A DNA stretch of 59,385 nt, the filler included. It is 4 parts of 4 records of this genome, joined end to end, with 100 filler letters (N's around TTAATTAATTAA, not from the genome) between each part and the next. Parts side by side here need not be neighbours in the genome. Positions count along the whole stretch, not along the records: positions 8,740 to 28,805 come from SRR31156797_7268; 3 more parts are not named here. One strand, given 5' to 3'. Within the stretch, counting starts at the first letter, position 1; every line of letters starts with the position of its first letter. Positions 8,741 through 18,886 of the stretch are shown piece after piece. Under the pieces are notes generated by a model. That model saw only the letters and a list, made by a program, of their open reading frames with translations. It had not been told where the DNA came from and ran no database searches. Made by a program: the position numbers and the translations under genes.

Positions 8741-11700
8741 TATGAATATAGTATCGATAATGGTGCTACATTCCAGGTTGCTGCCTTATTTGAAAACTTA
8801 ACTGCCGGAACATATGATGTTGTTGTAAGAGATGCAAATCTTTGCTTGAGCGATGTATTTGTGGCAGAACTTACTGAGCCAGATCCAATAGTCATAACAC
8901 TTATTGACTCATTATTATCATGTGGTAGCTTACCTGTAATTGATGGTAATCCATTACCATTACCTGATGGTAGCGGTGTGTCATATGAAACTACTTTAAC
9001 TTATACTGACTTTGATCCGGGACAAACCCTAAATGTTGGAGATATTGCCGGATTGTACTTAGAAATAGAACACTCTTATCCAGGTGATTTAATTATAGAA
9101 TTAGTTGCACCGGATAATACTATTGTACTTTCAAATGGTAGAGGAGGAACACGTAACCTTGGTTATCCTGTTACTGGAGATGAAGGTGCTGCTGTTCCTG
9201 GTGAGGGATATGTGTATACCTTTGATGATGATGCAACTAAAGCATGGACTGCAATAACTAGTGAAAGTTACTACTACAATGGTGTTCCTGGACCTCAGGA
9301 TTCATTATTTATTCCTGCCGGTACATATATACCGGAAAACAGTTTTGATGGCTTAGCCGGAACACTTATGAATGGTGACTGGACACTTCGTGTAACTGAC
9401 CAATTCCCTGTTGATAACGGATTTATCTTTAAATGGGGTATTCGTTTTAACGAAAGTGCATATCCTGCAAATTACTGTAATGGTATGTTAGAAGTTGTTG
9501 CTACAGGTGGAAACGGTGGTTTTACATATGAGTGGAGCAACGGTCAATCAGGAGCTCAAGCCACTGAACTATGTGCTGATGGATATACAGTAACTGTAAC
9601 AGATGCATTAGGATGTTCAACTACCTATACTGACTCCGTTTATGATGTAGATATTCATTTAGAAGTGATTGATACTACACATGTTGCATGTGCCGGTGAA
9701 GCAACTGGTAGTGCTACTGTATTAGCTTCAGGTGGTAATGCTCCTTATACATATGATTGGTCAAATGGTGCTTCAGGACAAACAGCCAATAACTTAACTG
9801 CTGGTTGGTACTTTATCACAATTACTGATAATAACCAGTGTGAGCACGTTGATTCACTTGAGATTCTATCACTTTACGATTTACAATTAGTATTTAGTGA
9901 TACTATACCAATTATTTGTAACCCTGTAAATATTGGTGACAGTACAGGAGGTATCACAGTTACCCCAATTGGAGGTAGCGGAAACTATACATATTCATGG
10001 TCATCAACTGATGGAAATGACAGTGTTGCAACAAATCTCACTGCAGGTTGGAATTATGTAACTGTAACAGATGATTTCTGTTCAGCTATTGATAGTGTAT
10101 TCTTTGATGTGCCAGATCCTATACAAATAATTGAAACACTACATCAGGATGTATTGTGTAATGGTGATACAACAGGTGCTATTTCAATTGTTGTGAATAA
10201 CGGAGCTGCGCCATTAACACTAGAGTGGGATCATATTGCAGATCTGGATGTGTATGATTTAACAAATCTTGGTGCCGGAGCTTATACAGCGCTTGTGACT
10301 GACAACAACGCATGTATGGAAGACACAACTATTATAATAACTGAACCTGCTCCATTTACTTATGATGTGGTAGTAACACCTTCAGATTGTGGTGTGGAAA
10401 ATGGTTCAATAGAAGTTCAAAACATTTTAGGTGGTGATGGAAACTACACTGTTACATGGAGTAATCCTGACTGGACAGTAGACTCTGTAGGTTTATCAAT
10501 TACTAACCTTGGTGTAGGAAATTATACATTAATGATTCAGGATGGAAACCTTTGTGATACTATAGAGGTAATTAACATGCCTGATATTTCAGATATTAGC
10601 GTTTCACTGGTAAGTAAAGTTGATCCTACTTGTGCTACAAGTTGTGACGGACAGGCAACCATTGAAATTATTGGCGGAACAGAACCTTATACAATTACAT
10701 GGAGCAACGGTGCAACAGATGTACTTTCAGTGAATGATTTATGTGATGGACCATTTACTGTGACTGTTGTAGATGATAATAACTGTAGTTTCGAATTAAT
10801 TGATAGTGTTCAGGCACCTGATCCAATTATCAATAACGGATTTATTTATACTGATCCTATTGCTTGTGCCGGAGATTCAATTGCTGAGTTATATGTATCA
10901 GCAGAAGGTGGTACAGGTGAGCTAAGCTTCATCTGGCAGGATACTGCAAGTAATGTGGTTTCAGCAGATAGTATTTTAACTAATGCAGGTGCAGGTAATC
11001 GTTACTACGTTACAATTACTGATGAGAACCTATGTGAGCTTATCGACTCAGTTGATATACCTGCAATGCCTGATTCAATCTTCATGGAATTTACAACTGG
11101 TGTTACCAATTGTCCTGAGGACTCAACAGGTTGGGCTGCAGTAGATGTAACTGGTGGTGTAGGACCATATTCATATAACTGGTATAAAGCTGATGAAATC
11201 GCCTTCCCAATAGTTGGAAGTGATACTGATTCAGCCTCAAGTCTGGCATTTGGTTACTACATTGTAGAAGTAACTGATATGCTTGGATGTACTGTAATTG
11301 ACTCAGTAATCATACAATCAAATACTACTTTAGATTTTGACGTTGAAGTGTTACAAGAGGTAACTTGTTTGTCAGACCCACAAGGTTCAGCTACCGTTGA
11401 TCCATTAAGTATTGTTAATGGTGTCGGTCCATATAGTTATGATTGGAGCAGTGGTGAAACAACTGATACTGCATATGCTCTAGAAGCAGGAACAAATTTT
11501 GTGATCTTAACTGATGAGAATTCTGGTTGTTCTGTAATTAAAGAATTCTTTATTTCTTCAGAAAATGCCTTATTTGTAGCTGATAATGTAGGTGGTGATT
11601 ATGGAAATGATATAAATCCGAATGGATTCATTGAACTTTCTGTTAGTGGTGGTGTGCCTGACTATACCTATATGTGGGAAGATGCTTCCGGACAACCTTT

Positions 11701-14053
11701 GGCTGATACTGATGAATTTGTTAGCGATCTGGAGAGTGGATGGTATTTCTGGTCTGTGACAGACCAACTTGGTTGTGTTGTTGCAGATAGTAGTTTTGTT
11801 GATTCACTCTATATCACATACGATACTATTTTATTACAAAATGTATCATGTTACACTGGTAATGATGGAGCAATTGAGATTCTTCCTTATGGTGGATCTG
11901 GTGATGATCCATCTGACTATACAGTAACTTGGAGTTATGATGGTTGGGAAAATGATTCAATCGGTTTCAGTATTACTAATCTTGAAGCTGGTATCTATAC
12001 TATAGTCATTAGTGATGGAGGAGAATATCCTGCAACTTATACTATTGAAGTGACTGAGCCAGATCCTTATGTGCTTGATACTGAAATCACACCTGCTGCT
12101 TGTGATGATAGTACAGGACAAATAATTGTTGAGGTAGTAAGTGGAGGTACAGCACCATTTACATTTGAATGGGATTATAATGGATATCCAATCTTAGGAG
12201 ATACAGCTGATTCGTGGGTATGGACGGATCCTAGGTATGGAGATACGATAAATGACCTTCATGTAGGTTGGTATTACTATACCCTAACTGATTTTGGTGG
12301 CTGTGTATATACTGACTCTATTTTCTTACCAGATAATTCGAACTTTGCTTTAAATGCAGGAGCATTTAATCCTAGATGTTATGGAGAGAATTCTGGAAGA
12401 ATTGAGCTGTCACCAACAAACGGTATTGAACCATATACTTTCAATTGGACGCCAGATGGTGGATGGGAAGATGAAGCGGATAATCTTGAAGCTGGCATAT
12501 ATAGTGTTACAGTTATAGATGATGACCTATGTGTTGATGATTCAACCTTTGTAATAACTGAACCTGACTCAATAGTTTATGATATTTTAGATGAAGATGC
12601 ATTTGTAACCTGTTTTGATGGTAATGATGGACAAATAACAATTAATGCATTTGGTGGCACTCCTGAGTATGATTACCTGATTAGACTTATTGATTCTGTG
12701 AATAATGTAGTTTATACTGATTCTATTATAACAGGACTAGGCTATGGTCAATATAGAGTTCGTATTGAAGATAGTAAAGGATGTTTATCTGAACCGGGAT
12801 TCTTTTTTGTACAATCAGAAACACCTGAGATTGTAATTGATCCGGATAATGAAATGCCAGGTTGCCCAACTGATACTAATGGTATTGCAAGGGTTATTGT
12901 TTCTGAAGGTCAAGGTGCTCCAGGAGTATCGTTTACTTCATTGAGTTATGAATGGAAGATAGATTCAGCTACATTGGCTGCATGGGGTGCTCCTCAAGCA
13001 ATGTATGATAGCATTATCAGCAGAGACTCTGTTGTGGTTGATGCTCGTCCGGGTGTATACAATCTAAAAGTAACTACATTAAGTGGTTGTATCGAAGAGC
13101 AGGATGTGACATTATTAAGTGATACATCATTTGTATTCGATGAAATTGGTATGAACCTGGTTGATACTTCTATCTATGGAATGTTTGCCAGTCTGAAAAC
13201 AATTGATGCTTGTAAATACGATCCAATTTCGCTATACGCAGCACCATATGCAATTAAAGCTGATCCTTATCAAATTATTGATGCTGATACAGTTTACTGG
13301 AGTAGAGGTGCCGGATTAGCGGGTTATGGTATGAGCGGATCTGTAGCGTTTGATACAGCCGTAGTGAACCTAACCGGAGCAAATTACTACGTGGCACGCA
13401 TTGAAGCAGGTAGATGTTATATGGAAGATAGTATAATAGCAATCGTTCCAAACTATGCGGATGTTGTGGCAGGTGTTGATGATGATGAATATACCCAGGT
13501 ATTTGAGAACGGACGTACAGTGCTAACTGTTAATGACATTACTGATAGCACGTATTATAGCTGGACAGAATACTGGGAAGTAACAGGTGAACTTCCTCCG
13601 GTTGCAACATTACCTGAAGATGCTGACTCAACTGTGAGTACAAGTCTGGAAGTAACCGGTTTACAGGATAGTACAATCTATACTGTAGTAGCCAATACTC
13701 CTTCACCTTATCCTGTAGCTAATAAATTCTGTCAAACAACTGATACAGTTAAAATCAGGGTAATGGGTGAATTCAATCCACCAAGTGCATTTTCACCTAA
13801 TGGTGATGGAATTAATGATACATGGTTGATATATGGTATCGATGAGAACTTCTCATTCAACCTTAAGATTTACAACCGTTGGGGACAATTAGTATTTGAA
13901 TCTAAAGACGCCGGCGAAATGTTATACGAAGGTTGGGATGGTACCAATATGAATGGAAATGATGTAACCATTGGAACGTATTATTATGTGATTGAGTACT
14001 CAGATGGTACGAAGACACGTAAAGCTAACGGACCTGTTACTGTAATAAGATAA
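8741..14053 (+). CDS. SprB-like T9SS type-B cargo adhesin (SprB repeats, proprotein-convertase P domain, CHU_C CTD); 5' end missing
   Basis: Frame open from the contig start; many GG..PY.Y.WSNG...L.AG.Y.V.VTD...C repeats; HSYPGDL...NGDWTLRVTD P domain; PSAFSPNGDGINDTW...IYNRWGQLVF...GWDG...GTYYY type-B CTD. Confidence 0.92.
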   Translation, partial: YEYSIDNGATFQVAALFENLTAGTYDVVVRDANLCLSDVFVAELTEPDPIVITLIDSLLSCGSLPVIDGNPLPLPDGSGVSYETTLTYTDFDPGQTLNVGDIAGLYLEIEHSYPGDLIIELVAPDNTIVLSNGRGGTRNLGYPVTGDEGAAVPGEGYVYTFDDDATKAWTAITSESYYYNGVPGPQDSLFIPAGTYIPENSFDGLAGTLMNGDWTLRVTDQFPVDNGFIFKWGIRFNESAYPANYCNGMLEVVATGGNGGFTYEWSNGQSGAQATELCADGYTVTVTDALGCSTTYTDSVYDVDIHLEVIDTTHVACAGEATGSATVLASGGNAPYTYDWSNGASGQTANNLTAGWYFITITDNNQCEHVDSLEILSLYDLQLVFSDTIPIICNPVNIGDSTGGITVTPIGGSGNYTYSWSSTDGNDSVATNLTAGWNYVTVTDDFCSAIDSVFFDVPDPIQIIETLHQDVLCNGDTTGAISIVVNNGAAPLTLEWDHIADLDVYDLTNLGAGAYTALVTDNNACMEDTTIIITEPAPFTYDVVVTPSDCGVENGSIEVQNILGGDGNYTVTWSNPDWTVDSVGLSITNLGVGNYTLMIQDGNLCDTIEVINMPDISDISVSLVSKVDPTCATSCDGQATIEIIGGTEPYTITWSNGATDVLSVNDLCDGPFTVTVVDDNNCSFELIDSVQAPDPIINNGFIYTDPIACAGDSIAELYVSAEGGTGELSFIWQDTASNVVSADSILTNAGAGNRYYVTITDENLCELIDSVDIPAMPDSIFMEFTTGVTNCPEDSTGWAAVDVTGGVGPYSYNWYKADEIAFPIVGSDTDSASSLAFGYYIVEVTDMLGCTVIDSVIIQSNTTLDFDVEVLQEVTCLSDPQGSATVDPLSIVNGVGPYSYDWSSGETTDTAYALEAGTNFVILTDENSGCSVIKEFFISSENALFVADNVGGDYGNDINPNGFIELSVSGGVPDYTYMWEDASGQPLADTDEFVSDLESGWYFWSVTDQLGCVVADSSFVDSLYITYDTILLQNVSCYTGNDGAIEILPYGGSGDDPSDYTVTWSYDGWENDSIGFSITNLEAGIYTIVISDGGEYPATYTIEVTEPDPYVLDTEITPAACDDSTGQIIVEVVSGGTAPFTFEWDYNGYPILGDTADSWVWTDPRYGDTINDLHVGWYYYTLTDFGGCVYTDSIFLPDNSNFALNAGAFNPRCYGENSGRIELSPTNGIEPYTFNWTPDGGWEDEADNLEAGIYSVTVIDDDLCVDDSTFVITEPDSIVYDILDEDAFVTCFDGNDGQITINAFGGTPEYDYLIRLIDSVNNVVYTDSIITGLGYGQYRVRIEDSKGCLSEPGFFFVQSETPEIVIDPDNEMPGCPTDTNGIARVIVSEGQGAPGVSFTSLSYEWKIDSATLAAWGAPQAMYDSIISRDSVVVDARPGVYNLKVTTLSGCIEEQDVTLLSDTSFVFDEIGMNLVDTSIYGMFASLKTIDACKYDPISLYAAPYAIKADPYQIIDADTVYWSRGAGLAGYGMSGSVAFDTAVVNLTGANYYVARIEAGRCYMEDSIIAIVPNYADVVAGVDDDEYTQVFENGRTVLTVNDITDSTYYSWTEYWEVTGELPPVATLPEDADSTVSTSLEVTGLQDSTIYTVVANTPSPYPVANKFCQTTDTVKIRVMGEFNPPSAFSPNGDGINDTWLIYGIDENFSFNLKIYNRWGQLVFESKDAGEMLYEGWDGTNMNGNDVTIGTYYYVIEYSDGTKTRKANGPVTVIR

Positions 14054-14062
14054 ATGAATGAG

Positions 14063-14085
14063 ACACGTGGCCTTGTGCCGCGTGT
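14063..14085 (+). other. GC-rich intergenic hairpin between the adhesin and porP/sprF
   Basis: ACACGTGGC-CTTGT-GCCGCGTGT (one G-U pair); possible stabiliser or weak terminator. Confidence 0.45.
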
Positions 14086-14107
14086 TTAACCAGATAAAAC
14101 AAGCGCG

Positions 14108-15061
14108 ATGAACCGAATTAAACTCATATTAATTGCAAGTATAATGCTACTGGGAGTAGGCATGGCCTCTGGTCAGCAGATTCCTAACCTTACCCAGTAC
14201 GTGTTTAATGATTATCTATACAACCCGGCTATCGGGGGTATATATGATTATTACCAGGTAAAAACAAATTACCGATACCAGTGGGCAGGAATTAGTGATG
14301 CTCCAAGAACTTATTTGTTGAGCGCATACGGACCGCATAAATCAATGCCAATGGGTTATGGTGGATACATCTTTAGTGATGTAATCGGGCCAACCAGTAA
14401 GCTGGGTATTTATGGTTCTTATGCCTATAATATTAAAGTCAGTGGTGATATCAGATTATCAATGGGTACTTTCATTGGATTGACCCAATATAAAATCGAC
14501 CTTTCTGCACTTGACTTTGATGTGCAAACAACACAACCCGATCCGGTTTTAGCAAATGGATCAACGTATACCAAATTTTTACCAGACGCATCATTGGGAT
14601 TCTATCTTTATACATCACAGTATTATGGTGGAGTTTCTGTAATGCAGCTTTTTAGTAACAAAATTGAAACAGTCGACTCTGATGAGGTTGACTACAAAAA
14701 GGTAACCAGCCGACTAAACAATCACTTAGTCCTCATGGGAGGATATAAGTACAACATTAACCGCGATTTCGATATAGAGGCTGGTTCCCTTATAAAAATG
14801 GTAAAAGGTTCCCCAATTCAGGTGGATGTAAATGTGCGTTCCATTTACCAAAAAATGGTCTGGTTTGGTGTGAACTACCGTAGTGGTGATGCCGTTTCAT
14901 TAATGGCCGGATATAACTATCAGGATATGCTTTACCTGGGCTTATCTTATGATATAACCACATCAGAGCTACGTAATTACAGTAGTGGAACATATGAAAT
15001 TATGATTGGTGTGAAGTTTAATAAAATTAAGCAATCATCAACAAGAAGAAAGATTAGATAG
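14108..15061 (+). CDS. PorP/SprF-family T9SS outer-membrane protein
   Basis: QQ.P.LTQY.FN...YNPA..G, YRYQWAGI..AP.T and GLSYDITTS.L...SSGTYEI motifs; directly follows a type-B CTD protein. Confidence 0.93.
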   Translation: MNRIKLILIASIMLLGVGMASGQQIPNLTQYVFNDYLYNPAIGGIYDYYQVKTNYRYQWAGISDAPRTYLLSAYGPHKSMPMGYGGYIFSDVIGPTSKLGIYGSYAYNIKVSGDIRLSMGTFIGLTQYKIDLSALDFDVQTTQPDPVLANGSTYTKFLPDASLGFYLYTSQYYGGVSVMQLFSNKIETVDSDEVDYKKVTSRLNNHLVLMGGYKYNINRDFDIEAGSLIKMVKGSPIQVDVNVRSIYQKMVWFGVNYRSGDAVSLMAGYNYQDMLYLGLSYDITTSELRNYSSGTYEIMIGVKFNKIKQSSTRRKIR

Positions 15062-15062
15062 T

Positions 15063-15419
15063 ATGCAGAGAGTAATAATTGGATTCATCGCGCTTTTTAC
15101 AATTATTAGCTGTGGTAGTGAGCAAAAGAAAAAATCCCAATTAACGGAGGAGCAAATGATTGAGTTGTTAGTTGATATTCATAAAACAGATGCATTGCTC
15201 ACAAGGGCCGTGAATAGAGGAGAAATTAAAAAAGAAGATATTAAACACTACTATAAAGGAATGCTTGAGAAGCATAATATCACAAGAGATGAGTTTGACA
15301 GTGCTTTTGATTATTATAGTCATGATTTTAAAAAATTTGATAAAATTTACGCTGAAGTCTTAGCACGGATTAAACTACAAGAAGACACATTAAAGCATAC
15401 AAAAAAGACAACCGATTAA
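15063..15419 (+). CDS. DUF4296-family lipoprotein
   Basis: Lipobox IISC; EEQM..LLVDIH..D, KH.IT...FDS...YY, .IY..V pattern. Confidence 0.8.
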   Translation: MQRVIIGFIALFTIISCGSEQKKKSQLTEEQMIELLVDIHKTDALLTRAVNRGEIKKEDIKHYYKGMLEKHNITRDEFDSAFDYYSHDFKKFDKIYAEVLARIKLQEDTLKHTKKTTD

Positions 15420-15427
15420 TATGAGTT

Positions 15428-15452
15428 AACCACCTTTCGAGGTGGTTTTTTT
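15428..15452 (+). terminator. Rho-independent terminator
   Basis: AACCACCT-TTCG-AGGTGGTT followed by a T tract. Confidence 0.9.
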
Positions 15453-15589
15453 ATTTGTGTATTTTTCTCAATAATGTTTGAATTATGCGAGAATTGTAAA
15501 TTAGATGGAACCTATTGACAACCGGAGCGTTAGCTAATTTTGGGATTAAGTTACACGGTAAATTTCGCTAGCTGGGTAAGTATTTATAT

Positions 15590-15621
15590 AAAAAAAGGGT
15601 TTCCTGTTAGAGAAACCCTTT
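15590..15621 (-). terminator. Rho-independent terminator of the BNR protein gene
   Basis: AAAGGGTTTC-8 nt-GAAACCCTTT with an upstream A run (U tract on the minus strand). Confidence 0.85.
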
Positions 15622-15640
15622 GTTGAATTATTTAACCTAT

Positions 15641-18600
15641 CTATTTGATAATCAGTCTTTGCGTTGCTGCTTTATTAGCATTTCTTATTTTAATAAAATA
15701 GATACCGGGAGTCATTTCTTTTACATTCAGCGTGGCTTTGTCGTTACTATGTAATTGCTCCATTAGCTTACCATCTTCTGAATAAAGCTCTGCTGTAAAT
15801 TTGCCTTCTGATCGAATGTAAACATTTTCAGTTGCCGGGTTTGGATAAATCTCAAAACTATCTTCCTCAAGCGTTTCAAGTCCAACAGTTGTCATGCTAA
15901 CTTCTACAGTTATTGGAGCACCTTCTACTGAAAATAATTCTCCAACTAAATCATTAAAACCATCAGCAGTTACATCAAAAGTATATGCTCCGTCTGGTAG
16001 TTGTGTGTAAACAACACCGCCCGGACTGGTTGAAAGTATTTCACCATCAATATCTATTTCAGCTTGCCAGATACCATCTCCATTACCGTCAGTAACTTCA
16101 AACTTAATTTCATATGATTCAGGCGCAACAGTTGTAAAGCTTCTTACAGAACCATACCCAGTTCCATTTGGATTAATGCCATAGGCACGGTAATAATATG
16201 TTGTACTATGATCTAATTCAACAAAACTTTGAGAGAAATCCCCACTTGTAACAACTGGTGATGTCGGAAATTGCATTACATCAGCTCCTCCAATTGTAAG
16301 GTCTGAAGTAAATCCAAAAAGGAATCCGCTTTCTGTTATTGTTTCGCCAAAATCTGCTGAGATTGTTCCATTAATAGTGGCTTCATCCATCGTTACATTT
16401 GTTGCCATTGTTGTTGCAACTACTGGAGGATAGGTTCCTTCAAAGTATAAAGGAGATTCCCATAATCCTCTACCATAACTTGCCGCGCGAAGTCTACTGT
16501 TATTTACATCTGTGTTGTCATAATATATTTCAACTTCACTAATTCTTACGTTAGGTAGGTTTGTGTTGTAGCTAATCCAGTCATCATCACCTTTTTTGAA
16601 GTATACGCCAATCCTGGTACCAATATATAGGTGCACTTCATTGCTGATGAATATATTTTGTACAACACTTGTGGCTGGCAACTCAGGTAGTCCGGCTGAG
16701 ATATTTGTCCAATTGTCACCACCATCTGTTGATTCATAAATTGCGTTTCCATCAAATCCACCTAAAGTAACCCAAACGGTATTTGGATCGTCGCTTTTTA
16801 CTGCAATATTCGTAATTGAGTTTGAAGGAAGACCGCTTGATATATTTTCCCAGTTATCTCCATCGTCTGTTGTTTTGTAAATACTGTATGGGTCTGCAGC
16901 ATATATAAAACCAGGATCAGAGGGTGAAACAGCTAAGGAACGGAATCTACTACCTGAATTTATATTTGAAATTTTAGTCCATGAATCACCTCTGTTAGTA
17001 GTTTTATAAATATCAGCATAACCGGCGTAAAGGGTTGCCGGATCATGAGGATCAATTACAAAAGGTGTTACCCATGCTCCATTTGAGGCAGCAGATACAT
17101 CTGTGCTGGATGCCCAGTGGTTAGTTGTTCTATCTATGGCACCATAGTATACAGTTGCATATTGAATATCTTCATCAGAATAATCAATTAAGCAATCCAT
17201 TCCGTCACCACCACGAACATCAATCCAGTTACCATCATATGTAAGTTTTGATCCATTATCTTGTAAACCAAGAATTATTTCGTCATCATTAGTTTGTGCA
17301 ACTCCGATTTTATAAATCTGGCTGATTTCCATGCCATTAGTTTTGTCAACCCATGTGCCTACATCGCCGTCTGAATTAGAGAAATATACTCCACCATCGT
17401 TAGTTTGGAAAAGATCTCCGTTTTCACGATATTTTATCATATGTACATCCGCGTGTACTGCCTGAGCTCCAAATCCACCGTACCAGTGACCAACAAGGTC
17501 CCAATTGTAACCTCCATTTTCTGATCTCCATGTGTTAACACCACCAATAAGTAAGATATCTTCGTCAATTGGTGAGGCAGCAATTGATAAATCATACCAA
17601 CCTTGTCCGCCACTATCATCACCTGAATACCATCCTAATAAGTTTTGACCTGATGTTGTTCCATTCCATACTTGAGTGAATGTGGCTCCAAAATCTCTTG
17701 ATTGATAAATTCCATAAAGACCATTATTATTGTTCGCAACTATTGCATAAACAATAGAATCGTTGGCAGGTGTAATAGCCAGCTCAACACGAGATCTTCC
17801 TGTGCTCAATACCTCATCCCAGTTTTCTCCTCCATCAGTTGACCTATAAACGCTACCAGATGTAGTCGATCCATAAAGTGTATCATAACTTGAAGGATTG
17901 TACTCCATATCTTTGAATTCAATATTGAAAAGTTGATCATCCCATGTTGTTCCTCCGTCTGTAGTTTTATACACTCCACCCGAAGTTGCAGCAATAATAG
18001 TTTCATTATCATTTGGATCACCTAATAGTCGGTTTACCATCATGTTATCAGCCAGTGTATAGCTTATATCAGTTGTATTCCAGGTTGCACCGCCATCAGT
18101 TGATTTTAATACACCAATTGAACGGTTATCCCATGCATCACGGTCTCCGGTAGCAATGTACATTGTATTTGTGCTTTCAAAATCATCAAATACTAAAATG
18201 TCACTTACACCAAGAACAGGGTTGTTATCTGTAGTGTTAGACCATGTATTACCATTATCAGTTGTTTGCCAAAGTCCACCAGCTGGTGCTCCAATCCAAT
18301 AAGTATCATTATCAGTTGGATGGAATGCAACAGTATTGATTCGTCCAATTCCGGCATAACCACCACCTGAAGAGTTCGGACCCATTACAGTCCAATTAGC
18401 ACTTTTGGGTGCTTTTTGTGTTTGTTGGTTTTGCCAATCTTTATATGTATCCCAGGGGTTCACATCAGGAAATGCTCCGGTTTTTATATCAATTTGCGAT
18501 TCCCAAAGATATTCCCATCTTTTAAATTGCTTCCAACCATGCGCTTTCTGCTTTTTTCCATTTTCATCTGTATAAAAGCCTTTTTCCACATTTAATGGTT

Positions 18601-18745
18601 CCCAATATGCATTAAATGCGTTTTGATAATCATAAAAAGTTAACTCTGCTTTCGATTTATTTGCCGGGAGATTACTTTTCCAGGGCTGTGCGGATAGACT
18701 TATCGTAAGTACTATTCCAACGAGTAACAAAAAAGTTCGTTTCAT
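15641..18745 (-). CDS. T9SS type-A cargo with BNR/Asp-box (VPS10/YCF48-like) beta-propellers plus Fn3-like and Ig-like domains
   Basis: Many S/T-x-DGG.TW Asp-boxes, GRIN.VAF.P, ASYGRGLWES; TTYYYRAY..N..GTGYG; IYPNPA...GIYFIKI...RLIIK type-A CTD. Start could also be 18769. Confidence 0.88.
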   Translation of the reverse strand: MKRTFLLLVGIVLTISLSAQPWKSNLPANKSKAELTFYDYQNAFNAYWEPLNVEKGFYTDENGKKQKAHGWKQFKRWEYLWESQIDIKTGAFPDVNPWDTYKDWQNQQTQKAPKSANWTVMGPNSSGGGYAGIGRINTVAFHPTDNDTYWIGAPAGGLWQTTDNGNTWSNTTDNNPVLGVSDILVFDDFESTNTMYIATGDRDAWDNRSIGVLKSTDGGATWNTTDISYTLADNMMVNRLLGDPNDNETIIAATSGGVYKTTDGGTTWDDQLFNIEFKDMEYNPSSYDTLYGSTTSGSVYRSTDGGENWDEVLSTGRSRVELAITPANDSIVYAIVANNNNGLYGIYQSRDFGATFTQVWNGTTSGQNLLGWYSGDDSGGQGWYDLSIAASPIDEDILLIGGVNTWRSENGGYNWDLVGHWYGGFGAQAVHADVHMIKYRENGDLFQTNDGGVYFSNSDGDVGTWVDKTNGMEISQIYKIGVAQTNDDEIILGLQDNGSKLTYDGNWIDVRGGDGMDCLIDYSDEDIQYATVYYGAIDRTTNHWASSTDVSAASNGAWVTPFVIDPHDPATLYAGYADIYKTTNRGDSWTKISNINSGSRFRSLAVSPSDPGFIYAADPYSIYKTTDDGDNWENISSGLPSNSITNIAVKSDDPNTVWVTLGGFDGNAIYESTDGGDNWTNISAGLPELPATSVVQNIFISNEVHLYIGTRIGVYFKKGDDDWISYNTNLPNVRISEVEIYYDNTDVNNSRLRAASYGRGLWESPLYFEGTYPPVVATTMATNVTMDEATINGTISADFGETITESGFLFGFTSDLTIGGADVMQFPTSPVVTSGDFSQSFVELDHSTTYYYRAYGINPNGTGYGSVRSFTTVAPESYEIKFEVTDGNGDGIWQAEIDIDGEILSTSPGGVVYTQLPDGAYTFDVTADGFNDLVGELFSVEGAPITVEVSMTTVGLETLEEDSFEIYPNPATENVYIRSEGKFTAELYSEDGKLMEQLHSNDKATLNVKEMTPGIYFIKIRNANKAATQRLIIK

Positions 18746-18886
18746 AAGTAATAAGTTTTGGTTTCTCATACCGCATTATGTTGGTTAGCGGATTTAATTT
18801 GTTTCTAACGAGTTATAAAAGTCCGAAACTATAAATTGAAACAGAAAAATCAAAAAAAAGTTGAAGAATGATAAAAAAGTGTACGA

